From: a virus
Taxonomy: Duplodnaviria > Heunggongvirae > Uroviricota > Caudoviricetes
Direction: 5' to 3' (one strand)
Virus record (IMG/VR): IMGVR_UViG_3300036944_001243
Length of the DNA: 58,955 nt
The position numbers were made by a program, and so were the translations under genes. The notes under the pieces were generated by a model that saw only the letters and a list, made by a program, of their open reading frames with translations, searched no databases and was not told the DNA's origin. Below, one piece after another: positions 46,122-55,909 of this stretch; the stretch's first letter is position 1; each line of letters starts with the position of its first letter.

Positions 46122-47261
46122 TGTTTTGTAGATCTTGTATAGACCTGATATTGAAGATTCCACAGACTCGTCTAAACCAGATACATATAAAACATAATAA
46201 GGTGGAGATGTGCCAACTGAGTAAATCAGTTGGCCATCGTTGTTTATATCTGTTTGTGATAAGAATAGATCTTCGTCATTCAATACCAATTTTAATTCTG
46301 AAGATGAGAAGCGCTCTCCAGTTTGAATTTCAACTGTATAAGCTAAAGTATGGTAAAGCCCAGTTTCAATATAATCAATCACATGAAGAGGTGCGCCAGT
46401 AATTACTCCAGTTTTATAAGTTAAATTCATAGCCTCCTCACCATCAAACAATTCGAATTCATTACTAGACACAATAACATTATCAATTGTTTGTGTCTCT
46501 TTTGAGAAGATTTTCGGGCCAAAAGAAATAACACTGCCAGATCCTAATGAAGAGTATGGAACCACTTTGAAATAGTATGGAACATTATAATCTAATCCAA
46601 AAGGTTTGATTCTAAGAGTGAAAATATCTTGAATGTTTTGTGTATTTTGCGAGTAGATGAAATCTGGATTATTTTTTGGTGGAATAGATGGATCTTCGTA
46701 AAGAATAATATCATTTCCTGTTGAGGCGTAAATATCATATCTTTCAAAGTTTATATATTTTAAATTGTTTTGATATGTTAAATTAACAACAATCTCATCA
46801 AAAACTTTAACTTCTGGAGATAGATCCGAACCAGAAGGTTCTTCACCATCTGATACGTATATTGGAGAGCCTACAGATGGAACATTTCCATAAACATAAA
46901 ATTCTCCAGTGGATATTTTATCGTCAAGATAATTAGACATTCGGACTCTAACTCCAAAATCTTTTGTGTATCTACCAAAAATGCTACGATTTGCTGATTC
47001 AGAAATATAAATTGATCTGCTAGTTCCTCCAGAAAGATAATTTGGGAATACAACGTTGCCTCCGCTATCTAAAATATCAAAAGCCAAATTATTAATCAGC
47101 GGATTTTCAATCAATTGCTGATCATTTTCAATGGTGTTTAACTGATGGTCCATCAAAGAAAAAGAAAAAGAAACATCTTTATTAAGATGCACTCCACTGC
47201 CAGAAAACACTTTGCTGAAATCGCCAGTGTCTACATTAAACGATGTGTCAAATTCATACAT
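46113..47261 (-). CDS. Tail-tip-associated protein with a fibronectin-III-like domain
   Basis: Directly downstream of gpJ; FN3 signature IKPFGLDYNVPYYFKVVPYSSLGSG. Confidence 0.55.
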   Translation of the reverse strand: MYEFDTSFNVDTGDFSKVFSGSGVHLNKDVSFSFSLMDHQLNTIENDQQLIENPLINNLAFDILDSGGNVVFPNYLSGGTSRSIYISESANRSIFGRYTKDFGVRVRMSNYLDDKISTGEFYVYGNVPSVGSPIYVSDGEEPSGSDLSPEVKVFDEIVVNLTYQNNLKYINFERYDIYASTGNDIILYEDPSIPPKNNPDFIYSQNTQNIQDIFTLRIKPFGLDYNVPYYFKVVPYSSLGSGSVISFGPKIFSKETQTIDNVIVSSNEFELFDGEEAMNLTYKTGVITGAPLHVIDYIETGLYHTLAYTVEIQTGERFSSSELKLVLNDEDLFLSQTDINNDGQLIYSVGTSPPYYVLYVSGLDESVESSISGLYKIYKTSI

Positions 47262-47264
47262 AAA

Positions 47265-50200
47265 TTAAGTGATAGAAAAGTTAGTAATTGCTGGTTGCTC
47301 CATTTGTGTTAATGCTCCAGTATATGCAATAAAAGTTCCAGTTTCTTTGGTAATTGAATTTAAATAATTACTATTATTTCCCAAAGTTGTTAACTTTAGT
47401 TTCCACTGTCCCAAAGACTGAAGGCCAGTTAATAAATAACTTGTAGAAGAGTTATTGGCAATGTATTCATGGTATTCATTGTAAACAGAATTATAGATTT
47501 CAACCTTTGTTCCATCTCTACGTGAGTCTCCACTCCATGATGCTCTTAAAGAAAATCTATCGGAATCTAAATCTTCTCCAGAAAAAGTAATTCCGCTTGG
47601 TGCTGGCAATTCTGTGATTTGCACATTATTGATTGTTATAGGTCCAGTAGAATAAGTAGCTGGCATAAAATCTTCTGCAATAAAGTTTTCGATTTCTGCA
47701 AATTTACCAGTATTGTATTTGCTTGCGACAATCGAGTATTCATTTTGGTTTTGTTCTCTTATTGAAATGATTTTATAGATTTGGTCGCTTGCATTTTTTC
47801 TTTCTAATCTGTATGGACTTCCAGCAGCAATTTTTGATACCAAATTCGCATTAACATCACCGCTGCTAATATATACTCTTGATCCGAAATCTAATCCAGT
47901 AGATCCAGATAAAATAAATCGTGTGATTTGAGGATGATTAGCGTTTTCTACTTCTGATAGCAAAGGCCCACTATAACCTTCGTTTTGATAGAATTTAAAT
48001 GATGCGGATATGTCTCCAGAAGATCCTCTTCTATTTCCAGACGCTGTATCATAAATGAATCCTGTTTTCTCATAGCTGGCTGTTTCAACCGAAATATCAA
48101 AAATATCTGACAATCCTGTATTGGTTATGACTTTATCATATAAGTTATTGTCTTGAAATGCTCTACCAGTTGATAAAACAAATCCTGTATACCCTGTATT
48201 ATAATAACAATAGAGATTTTGATTATGGGATGTGCTTTTTCCAGTATATAATGGATACTGAATCCCAGATAGGTGTTGAGTATTTATAATTTTTTCGCTA
48301 TAGCCAGAGAAATAATAGCGACCAGTTAATGAATTAACGATTAATAAACTACCAGTTATATCAAAATAATCGACTCTGCTTCTTTCTGTATCCGCCAAAG
48401 CATTTAATTCGTTATTGGTAGAATACCCAGTAGGAGTATAAACAGTAATAGTATTATTCATTTCTGCACTTACAAAAGTATTATCAATAGTTAAAGATTT
48501 TTCAGCAACATTTATATCAAGAACTCTTCCGTAATTTGTGGCTCTGGTTTTTAATTCATCTTCTAAGATTATTAAATCTCCAGGTCGGCATAATAAAGAT
48601 TCTAAGCCAGCGAGGAATTCAACTCCTTGATTTTCTTTGATTGTTTGATAAATAATATGTTGGCCGATTCTTCTTGCCATGGCTCTAGAAGTAACACCCA
48701 AAGTATTGATTGTTGTTTTGAAGATTCCTCTTTTTCTAATATCTGGTTCATCTTGAACGTATTCAATTTTGCTTTGATAGTTATCGAACCTGTCTAAATA
48801 TGCCACTTCTACGGTATTGAATTGCTGATCTCTTCTTGAGTTTGTGTAATTAAATACCCCGTCTTTAACATTGGTGTTAGTGAAAATGGCAATAGGAATT
48901 CTCGGTCTATCGTCTAAGAAATGAATTTCTGAATTGCTGAAAAAGACAATTCCTCTAAATAAACTAGCAACCACATTAATAGCATCAAATATTTTAGTTT
49001 GTTCTCTGAATACAATATTGCATGAATATCTTGGCTCTAACCCACCAACACCGTCTGAAACTCCAACAAAGAACCCATTATCATCAACTGCATCACAGAA
49101 GCGAGCAATTTTGTATAACTCCCATTTATTGATTTGGGACTCGTCAATATAAGAGCCAAGACCATATCTTTTGCTGGTCAACAGATCGTATATAATCCAA
49201 GCTGGATTATCAGTCCATCCTTCTTTAAATTCGCCACCCCAATCTCCAGCATAAATTTGATTGCTTGAATTATAATCTGAAGCTTTTTCTATATATCTTT
49301 TATCTGATCCATCAGGATTCAAAGGAGTATAATTACTAGGTATTTGAATTTTTTTCAATCTACAATCATAACTTCTTTCTGGAACAGAACTAAAAGATCT
49401 AGCATCCAATTTAATACCTAACAATGATGAAAAAGGATAAGATAAGTTGCTTTCAACAATTTCTGTAATTTTATTAACATAGATGTCTTTATTTATTAAG
49501 ATGGAATTTGTTTCGGCTGATAATTTAGTTATTTTTACGTATCTTTTTGTTGAAGTTGGATCTTCTCCATCTTGTAGCGCGGGTAGTTTGAAAACAATAT
49601 TTTCTTCAATTGATTTTAGTGAAGAATCAGATGAATTAAATTCTTTTACTGCGTCTTTTAAATTGGAGTTTATTTTAGACTCTGGAGCGCCCAAATCAAT
49701 TAACATTTGACCTTCAATCAAAGCTAAAACAGAAAAGATCTTAATTATTTTGCTCGTATCATCGATCTGACCATTGTTTATTTTACCATATTCAATCTTA
49801 AAATTAACTATAGAAGGGATTTTTGATCCAGCTCTAACAAGTTTACTTGAATCAGGTAGTATAGATGATCCCCAATCACTTCTTTTATCAATTTCAACAG
49901 TGTCACTCAATGAAGAAATGGCAAGTGTAACATAAAAAGATGTTGTGTTTGAATTTTCAATAGTATGAGTTATTGCTATAGCTTCTTCATCAAAAGAATT
50001 TACAGCGTTCCAATCTGAATAATTTTCGGGTTGGTTTTTTGCATTTTTGCCAACCACAAGATCTCTTTCGTCTTTAGATCCGTCTCCGTCAGTAATAGCC
50101 TGAGACAACAACATTGACAAATTTGGTTCGCTAGTATTTTTAGTTTTAAGATCAATCAATCTTTGAACTGCAATTGCATTTCTAAATGGCCCAAGCAATT

Positions 50201-51509
50201 TAGAATTATAATCATAATCAATAAAAATATTTTTAAAATGCTCCAGAGGAATTTGATCCTCTGATCCATCTTTAAATTCGCAAGCGACATTTAAGAAATT
50301 ATACTTATTAGCTTTTGAGAAATTTTTTGATTCAGGCTCTTTATAAAGAGTCAGTGGTATTTCTTCATTAGTGAAAGGGATTGTATTATCAATGTTGATT
50401 TTATAAAAATATTGATAAGCAGGAGCGCCTTTTTCGATATAAGAAGAATAATTATTCAACTTAAATATAACACAACCAAATAATTCGCTGTTGTATTTTG
50501 AGTCAGTTGGTGAATTAGTTATTATTGATGGAACTATAATTTTTGTTATACTTGAGGACGGAAAAGATTTTTCAAAATTATTCAAATAAAAAGAAACATC
50601 GACTAATTTTTTTGAATCTGTCGGATCTATTGCTGAAGAATTATTAGCTTGGTCCCATTTAGCGTTTTGTTTTAATGCTCTTGATCCAATTTTAACAACA
50701 AAAAAAATGTCATTCTTAGATTTCCAATCGAATGAATTCTTTTTTGGATCGAAATATTGATTTTTGAAATTTTCTAATTTTATTTGAGCTTTTGTTATTG
50801 ATTCTTGTTGAGGAACATTGCTGGAAGAGCTTTCTCTTTCATTCTTTATTCCCGTCTCAAGATCATTTAATATTGTTCCAGCAGCAAATAGGGAGCTTTT
50901 TGTATAATGAACTTCAAGATCTTTAGCGAGTGTTTGAAAATATTGAATAGCTGTTGATTGAGTCGGATTTCCAACCCACATCCATCCATTTCCAGCTTTT
51001 CCAATTGTTGAATTTGTTAAGGGAGAATATAACTGGCTTTTCCTAGAGCCACCATCATCAAATTTAGCCATTAATAAATTTGATTGAATAGCTGTATAAA
51101 GTATCGCTGGTGCAACCGTTCCAGCAAATGGAAATTTATATTTTTTATATGATTCTGAATTATTATCATAAAATGTATCTCCAAATTTATTTAATCCACT
51201 TTGTATATCAATATGAAATATTTTGTTTTCATTAGCATACTCTTCAAATCTTGGATTTGTGACTTGGACTGGGGTATTATCTAAATAAACACCTTGTAAA
51301 ATACTTTGGCCATCTTCTAAAACTTGTCCATTTTGATTAACTAATCCTTCGATTGGACCATCAGAAATCAAATCTATCATTTCAACCACGCTGTATGAAT
51401 TTAAAATTTGGAAATTACCAATTTCAGGTGGACGCAAAACTGCTGGTTGTGGCTTTGGTTTGCTTTTACCACCTCCTTGTAAGATTTTTTTATTAAATAA
51501 GTGTTTCAT
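47265..51509 (-). CDS. Tail tip/host specificity protein J (lambda gpJ-like)
   Basis: MIDLISDGPIEGLV, YLDNTPV, SYPFSSLLGIKLDA, WTDNPAWIIYDLLTSKRYGLG, IDKW-like INKWELYKIARFCD, EPRYSCN, RPGDLI. Confidence 0.92.
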   Translation of the reverse strand: MKHLFNKKILQGGGKSKPKPQPAVLRPPEIGNFQILNSYSVVEMIDLISDGPIEGLVNQNGQVLEDGQSILQGVYLDNTPVQVTNPRFEEYANENKIFHIDIQSGLNKFGDTFYDNNSESYKKYKFPFAGTVAPAILYTAIQSNLLMAKFDDGGSRKSQLYSPLTNSTIGKAGNGWMWVGNPTQSTAIQYFQTLAKDLEVHYTKSSLFAAGTILNDLETGIKNERESSSSNVPQQESITKAQIKLENFKNQYFDPKKNSFDWKSKNDIFFVVKIGSRALKQNAKWDQANNSSAIDPTDSKKLVDVSFYLNNFEKSFPSSSITKIIVPSIITNSPTDSKYNSELFGCVIFKLNNYSSYIEKGAPAYQYFYKINIDNTIPFTNEEIPLTLYKEPESKNFSKANKYNFLNVACEFKDGSEDQIPLEHFKNIFIDYDYNSKLLGPFRNAIAVQRLIDLKTKNTSEPNLSMLLSQAITDGDGSKDERDLVVGKNAKNQPENYSDWNAVNSFDEEAIAITHTIENSNTTSFYVTLAISSLSDTVEIDKRSDWGSSILPDSSKLVRAGSKIPSIVNFKIEYGKINNGQIDDTSKIIKIFSVLALIEGQMLIDLGAPESKINSNLKDAVKEFNSSDSSLKSIEENIVFKLPALQDGEDPTSTKRYVKITKLSAETNSILINKDIYVNKITEIVESNLSYPFSSLLGIKLDARSFSSVPERSYDCRLKKIQIPSNYTPLNPDGSDKRYIEKASDYNSSNQIYAGDWGGEFKEGWTDNPAWIIYDLLTSKRYGLGSYIDESQINKWELYKIARFCDAVDDNGFFVGVSDGVGGLEPRYSCNIVFREQTKIFDAINVVASLFRGIVFFSNSEIHFLDDRPRIPIAIFTNTNVKDGVFNYTNSRRDQQFNTVEVAYLDRFDNYQSKIEYVQDEPDIRKRGIFKTTINTLGVTSRAMARRIGQHIIYQTIKENQGVEFLAGLESLLCRPGDLIILEDELKTRATNYGRVLDINVAEKSLTIDNTFVSAEMNNTITVYTPTGYSTNNELNALADTERSRVDYFDITGSLLIVNSLTGRYYFSGYSEKIINTQHLSGIQYPLYTGKSTSHNQNLYCYYNTGYTGFVLSTGRAFQDNNLYDKVITNTGLSDIFDISVETASYEKTGFIYDTASGNRRGSSGDISASFKFYQNEGYSGPLLSEVENANHPQITRFILSGSTGLDFGSRVYISSGDVNANLVSKIAAGSPYRLERKNASDQIYKIISIREQNQNEYSIVASKYNTGKFAEIENFIAEDFMPATYSTGPITINNVQITELPAPSGITFSGEDLDSDRFSLRASWSGDSRRDGTKVEIYNSVYNEYHEYIANNSSTSYLLTGLQSLGQWKLKLTTLGNNSNYLNSITKETGTFIAYTGALTQMEQPAITNFSIT

Positions 51510-51511
51510 TA

Positions 51512-52162
51512 TTATCTGCTATTTGTGACTACGGCTCCTTTGGTATTTTTAGTTCCAACAAGAGAGTCTGTTGTATTATAATTTTGAGGATATGATTTTA
51601 TTGTAGTTTGAATCACAGAAGATCCAACTCTTAATCTTCCGTATCCAACGGGAACAGGATTTCCTTGCTCTGCCAAATTAGCCTTGGAGCTTATCAAGAA
51701 AGATTGTTTGGCTCCACTCACTGTAGCTTCTGTTTTTTGCATGTCTGGTTTTGGTGCGAGCATCATTTGAAGAGCCATACTGACCATCATTGATCCAATG
51801 CTACCTACAAGAGTGGCGGCGGCTCCAAGGCTAAATCCAAAAATTGCTCCTGTAGCTCCAGCATACATAAGTCCAGCGCCGACCACGGCAAGGGCCACAG
51901 CGCCACTTCCACAAATAACAGGAACCAAATCTATTTGTTCTGGGCTATTGCTAATATCTAATTGATTGATATTTTCAATTTTTTCGCCGTTGACTAAGAT
52001 GCTGTAATGAATGCCTTGTTCAATTAATTCATTCATCCTTTTTCTAAAAAGTGAAAATTTTGAACTAATAGCCTCAATAACTTCCTTTGGTTTTTTTATT
52101 TTAAAAAACATTGAGCTTTGGAACTCATGCCCAAGAATGCCGTGTAAATTTATTAGCGTCAT
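51512..52162 (-). CDS. Tail assembly protein I (lambda gpI-like)
   Basis: INLHGILG, IDLVPVICGSG, EQGNPVPVGYGRLRVGS. Confidence 0.9.
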   Translation of the reverse strand: MTLINLHGILGHEFQSSMFFKIKKPKEVIEAISSKFSLFRKRMNELIEQGIHYSILVNGEKIENINQLDISNSPEQIDLVPVICGSGAVALAVVGAGLMYAGATGAIFGFSLGAAATLVGSIGSMMVSMALQMMLAPKPDMQKTEATVSGAKQSFLISSKANLAEQGNPVPVGYGRLRVGSSVIQTTIKSYPQNYNTTDSLVGTKNTKGAVVTNSR

Positions 52163-52569
52163 AAAATTTTTCCTTTTAACCTTGTTAGTATGTTTACATC
52201 ATAATCTTTATTTTTAGGCTCATAAATATAAAATTTGCGAGAATTAATAGAAAAGATCGTAAATGTCAAGCATGATGCTTCGGACATTCTAATATCAAAA
52301 TCAGATGGATTCTCATCTCCAATTACATGACTATGAAAAATCGAAAGCATTGAATACTGATTTTTGAATTTCAAATAACTAGCTGGATTTATGCTAAAAA
52401 ATGATCTTGGATCAGATGATTCATTCTTTTCTAATGTGACAACAAAGCATTTTTCGATTTCATCAAAACCAATAAATCCGCAAATCTCATTGTTAAAGTT
52501 GCGAATAGAATGATTTATAATAAAATCTTTAATATCGTTTATAGATTTTGATGTAATTTTATCTTCCAT
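52159..52569 (-). CDS. Tail assembly protein K, JAB/MPN domain only
   Basis: EICGFI...IFHSHV...PSDFD (JAB motif); no NlpC/P60 domain. Start set at ATG 52569. Confidence 0.85.
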   Translation of the reverse strand: MEDKITSKSINDIKDFIINHSIRNFNNEICGFIGFDEIEKCFVVTLEKNESSDPRSFFSINPASYLKFKNQYSMLSIFHSHVIGDENPSDFDIRMSEASCLTFTIFSINSRKFYIYEPKNKDYDVNILTRLKGKIL

Positions 52570-54910
52570 ATTTTTCAGTTCCAGGGAATCCACCAAATGG
52601 CAAATAAGATACGAATGTTTGTGGTGAGTCGGCACTAGAATTTGCGTAATAAATAACTGTATCACTATAATCCATACTTCCCGTATATTGTCCACTCAAA
52701 ATAATTTTTCTTGTAGAAACGTTTTCTCCTGTTATTTCATATGGAGCGGAATCGCTTAAATTCATACCCCACCAATCATATAAACCAATTTTATGATTAT
52801 CTTGCAGTTCTGAATATTTTCTTGGCTTTAATCCAACATTAACACTATTATTAAAAGTGCTTTTTTCGTCGGTTCGATTAAAGAATTCTGTTCTTCCGTA
52901 ATCCAAACTGCCAGTCCATATAGCTGTAGAACCAAGTCTTATGTTACTTGTTATTTTTAAATTTGATTCTGGAGTTCCATCGTTAAAACTAGGAGTAGAT
53001 AATAATTCAGAAAACTGCCAATCATTAATACCAAATTTTAGATCTCCCATTCCATTATTGAATGCGGTATTTTTGAAAACAAAAAACTCTCCAGAAGCGA
53101 CGGTTGTATTTCCCCTAGTCACGACTTTTCCGCTCGGAGGAGCAATAGTAAAAGTTTTTATTTGGCCCGCTCCAGACAAAGAAATATATCCTTCTTTAAA
53201 AGCTGTTGGTCTTGTTCCTGTGGATGTTCCACCAGAACAAAAAATATGAAAAGGATTCATATTTTGAGCAGACCATTTTATTGATAGTTGTCTTGGGTAA
53301 ATTGCATAACCACTTGATGTTAAACTTCCAGTTAAATATGCGGTAGCAAAATCGAGGATTAATTCTTGACTTGAGCCAACACCAGAAAGATATAGGTTTA
53401 TTCCGCTAGATTGACAATTAGATTTTACGTTATGAAGGACGTTTGTATATTGTTTTGATTGAGAAATGCCATTTGGAAATTGAACCCAGCTAGATAACTG
53501 CCAATAATCCTTGGAAGAAATATTGTCTGCTTGAAAGCTTGTGTTGTATAAACCTAGACCAGTAGGCTCAAAGACACAAACTTCTGAAAGTCCAGGATAA
53601 GCGCCATTGCATCCGCTGCCACTGATTGTAATAGATGTTACTGTAACAGGATCACTTGAGAATCCAGAAGTTATTCTTGATCCATTGGTTGGTATATTCG
53701 AAAGAATACCAGACTTTACTAAACTTGCTCCGTTATAAAAAGTGATATACGCTCCGCTAAAATTTGAATAAGTTTCTGGTCGATCATATAAATCAATTCT
53801 ATCAATTGTTTTTGGAGAATTCCATTGTAAAGACACCCAAGGATCGGGCGCACTGGTTCCAGAACTTTGCCAAGAATAAAAACTTCCAGTTTGTAAATTA
53901 TTAATGTTAGAGGCGGAATAAGAAATAGAATACTCGCTAGATGCAGTAACTGAAGCCAATGGCGCAATATTATTGTAAGCATTGTAGCCAGCTTTATGAG
54001 AGAAATCAACATAGTTGTTAGTAATAGATTCACCAACTGTGTTAGATGTCCATATTGGGGCGTTTTGGAATCTTTTTTTACAACCGTCTAATTTTTTATT
54101 ACAGCCATCTCTAAGCCAATATGTATCATTAGACCCAGGCTGGTATTGCGAAGAAGCAGAATGGCCCGTTTGACAAACATACCAAACTTTAGCTGGCTTG
54201 CCATCAACAATGATTTTTTTATTTTCTATATATGTGAGTTCGCCACTTTCAAAGTATTTACCAATAAACCAAGGATCTTTTATTAAATTCCATTGACCGC
54301 TGTAATTTATTTTTCTGCCGTCTTCAGTTTCAATAGGAGGGCCAGCATACTTACAACCATTACCTCTATAATACCAAGAACAATAACGAGATAAAATCAA
54401 ACGATTATTAATATCAAAATTATCTAAGTCAAGAGGAGAAGTGAGTTCCAGCTCTACAAACGTTTTATTCTCTGCTGTTTTTTGACTTACGACAAAAGTA
54501 TCATTACTTACTTCGGCGGATGCATCTGCTTGGCCCCAAGGATTGCCACCATCAAAATTCGCATCATCTAAATACTTAACGAAGGTTCTTTTTCTAACGA
54601 TCTTGGCAAATTGCAAATCATGATTGTTTAATAACAAATCAGTCATGAAGTAATCTTTATTGGATATTCTGATTTTTGGGCGAGCCATTTGGCCATTCGC
54701 ATTTACCTCAAATCCTTCAGACTCAACTGGAACAGGTAGGTATTCAACACCCTGCCATTTAATACCTCTCGAAAAAACAGATCCACCATGAAATGCAATA
54801 TAAACACCTTCTTTATCAATAGTATTGAAATATAGCAGAAATAATTCTACAATAGCTGTAGGTTGTAAATCCAGCAAGCTGAGTGCGATTTTATCTTGTC
54901 CTTGTCCCAT
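52559..54910 (-). CDS. Minor tail protein L (lambda gpL-like) with a ~490-aa insertion
   Basis: YLPVPVESEGFE, RKRTFVKYLD, CSWYYRGNGCKY, CNKKLDGCKKRF, and terminal LPFGGFPG. Confidence 0.9.
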   Translation of the reverse strand: MGQGQDKIALSLLDLQPTAIVELFLLYFNTIDKEGVYIAFHGGSVFSRGIKWQGVEYLPVPVESEGFEVNANGQMARPKIRISNKDYFMTDLLLNNHDLQFAKIVRKRTFVKYLDDANFDGGNPWGQADASAEVSNDTFVVSQKTAENKTFVELELTSPLDLDNFDINNRLILSRYCSWYYRGNGCKYAGPPIETEDGRKINYSGQWNLIKDPWFIGKYFESGELTYIENKKIIVDGKPAKVWYVCQTGHSASSQYQPGSNDTYWLRDGCNKKLDGCKKRFQNAPIWTSNTVGESITNNYVDFSHKAGYNAYNNIAPLASVTASSEYSISYSASNINNLQTGSFYSWQSSGTSAPDPWVSLQWNSPKTIDRIDLYDRPETYSNFSGAYITFYNGASLVKSGILSNIPTNGSRITSGFSSDPVTVTSITISGSGCNGAYPGLSEVCVFEPTGLGLYNTSFQADNISSKDYWQLSSWVQFPNGISQSKQYTNVLHNVKSNCQSSGINLYLSGVGSSQELILDFATAYLTGSLTSSGYAIYPRQLSIKWSAQNMNPFHIFCSGGTSTGTRPTAFKEGYISLSGAGQIKTFTIAPPSGKVVTRGNTTVASGEFFVFKNTAFNNGMGDLKFGINDWQFSELLSTPSFNDGTPESNLKITSNIRLGSTAIWTGSLDYGRTEFFNRTDEKSTFNNSVNVGLKPRKYSELQDNHKIGLYDWWGMNLSDSAPYEITGENVSTRKIILSGQYTGSMDYSDTVIYYANSSADSPQTFVSYLPFGGFPGTEKYGR

Positions 54911-54915
54911 GTTTT

Positions 54916-54924
54916 ATTTTACAC
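54916..54924 (-). promoter_or_regulatory. GTGTAAnAT motif at the head of the L-K-I-J operon
   Basis: GTGTAAAAT, 5 nt to the ATG at 54910. Confidence 0.62.
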
Positions 54925-54944
54925 CATATTATAATTAAATACAT

Positions 54945-55394
54945 ATGCAGTTTCAACGAATAAACCAACCGACTAAAGAAATAAGCGAAAAGTTCATATC
55001 TTATTGCATTAAATCGAAACCTTATGATTTTTGCCATTTACCATCGAGAACTGCGTCAATAATTAAAATCAAAGAATATATTGAATTTTTATTCCAGATT
55101 TGCGAGGTGTATTTGGGGACCGTAAACAACGAAGTAAAACTCTTCATTGCTGTCAGAAGAGATAATCAAAACCTAGAAATAGAATTTATTTTTGGCGATC
55201 ATTTTGGGTTCCTCGAAAACTTTAAAAAGTTTCGCTTGTTCTTCAGAGACTCGCATCCAGAAATACGGACGTTCCGCGCTCAAATAACCAGAAAGCATAA
55301 ACTAAAACATTTCATGAATTTTTTGAGCAAAAAAGACCCAAATATACGAATTATTCTTGACAATCAAGAAATTGTTGTATTATGGAATACATAA
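54945..55394 (+). CDS. Hypothetical protein
   Basis: 149-aa ORF; TATAAT at 54930-54935 upstream. Confidence 0.7.
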   Translation: MQFQRINQPTKEISEKFISYCIKSKPYDFCHLPSRTASIIKIKEYIEFLFQICEVYLGTVNNEVKLFIAVRRDNQNLEIEFIFGDHFGFLENFKKFRLFFRDSHPEIRTFRAQITRKHKLKHFMNFLSKKDPNIRIILDNQEIVVLWNT

Positions 55395-55909
55395 TGGCTT
55401 ATAGAAATAAATATGACACAACAGGATCTTCGTTCGCTTTAGGACAAAACGCAGAGTCTAGCTTCGTTACCGCTATTCAAAAAGGTGGATCGAAGATTAC
55501 GGAATCATCTAGGCAGGAGCAATTCAAGCATATTGACTTCTATATTGAGACTTCCGACAATCTAAAGTTCTCTGTAGAAGTTAAATCTCGAAAGAAGGTG
55601 AAGCGTAAAGACGATAGCGTAAATGATGAGCTATTGTGGATTGAGTTCAAGAATGTGGCTGGCAAAAGAGGATGGCTTTATGGAGCCGCCGATTTAATTG
55701 CATTCGAACGCGAGAATGATTTCGTTATGGTTAATCGAAAGCTATTGGCCAGATTGTGCGAAAGACTTTGCGATCTTACTAAATTGAATGTTGATGTAGC
55801 AATGCCTCTATACACTGGCTATCAACGCAGAGGTCGCCAAGACTTGCTCTCATTAATCAAGATGTCAGACATTCTACAGAATATCAAATATACTGTCGTT
55901 GTTAAGTAA
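55394..55909 (+). CDS. PD-(D/E)xK-fold nuclease-like protein
   Basis: HIDFYI...VEVKSRK...LWIEFKNVAGKRGWL. Start set at ATG 55394. Confidence 0.6.
   Translation: MAYRNKYDTTGSSFALGQNAESSFVTAIQKGGSKITESSRQEQFKHIDFYIETSDNLKFSVEVKSRKKVKRKDDSVNDELLWIEFKNVAGKRGWLYGAADLIAFERENDFVMVNRKLLARLCERLCDLTKLNVDVAMPLYTGYQRRGRQDLLSLIKMSDILQNIKYTVVVK

Noticed and set aside
55357-55383. TTGACA...TATTAT upstream of ORF 55394
   Set aside because: The spacer is only 15 nt, so it is too weak to call.
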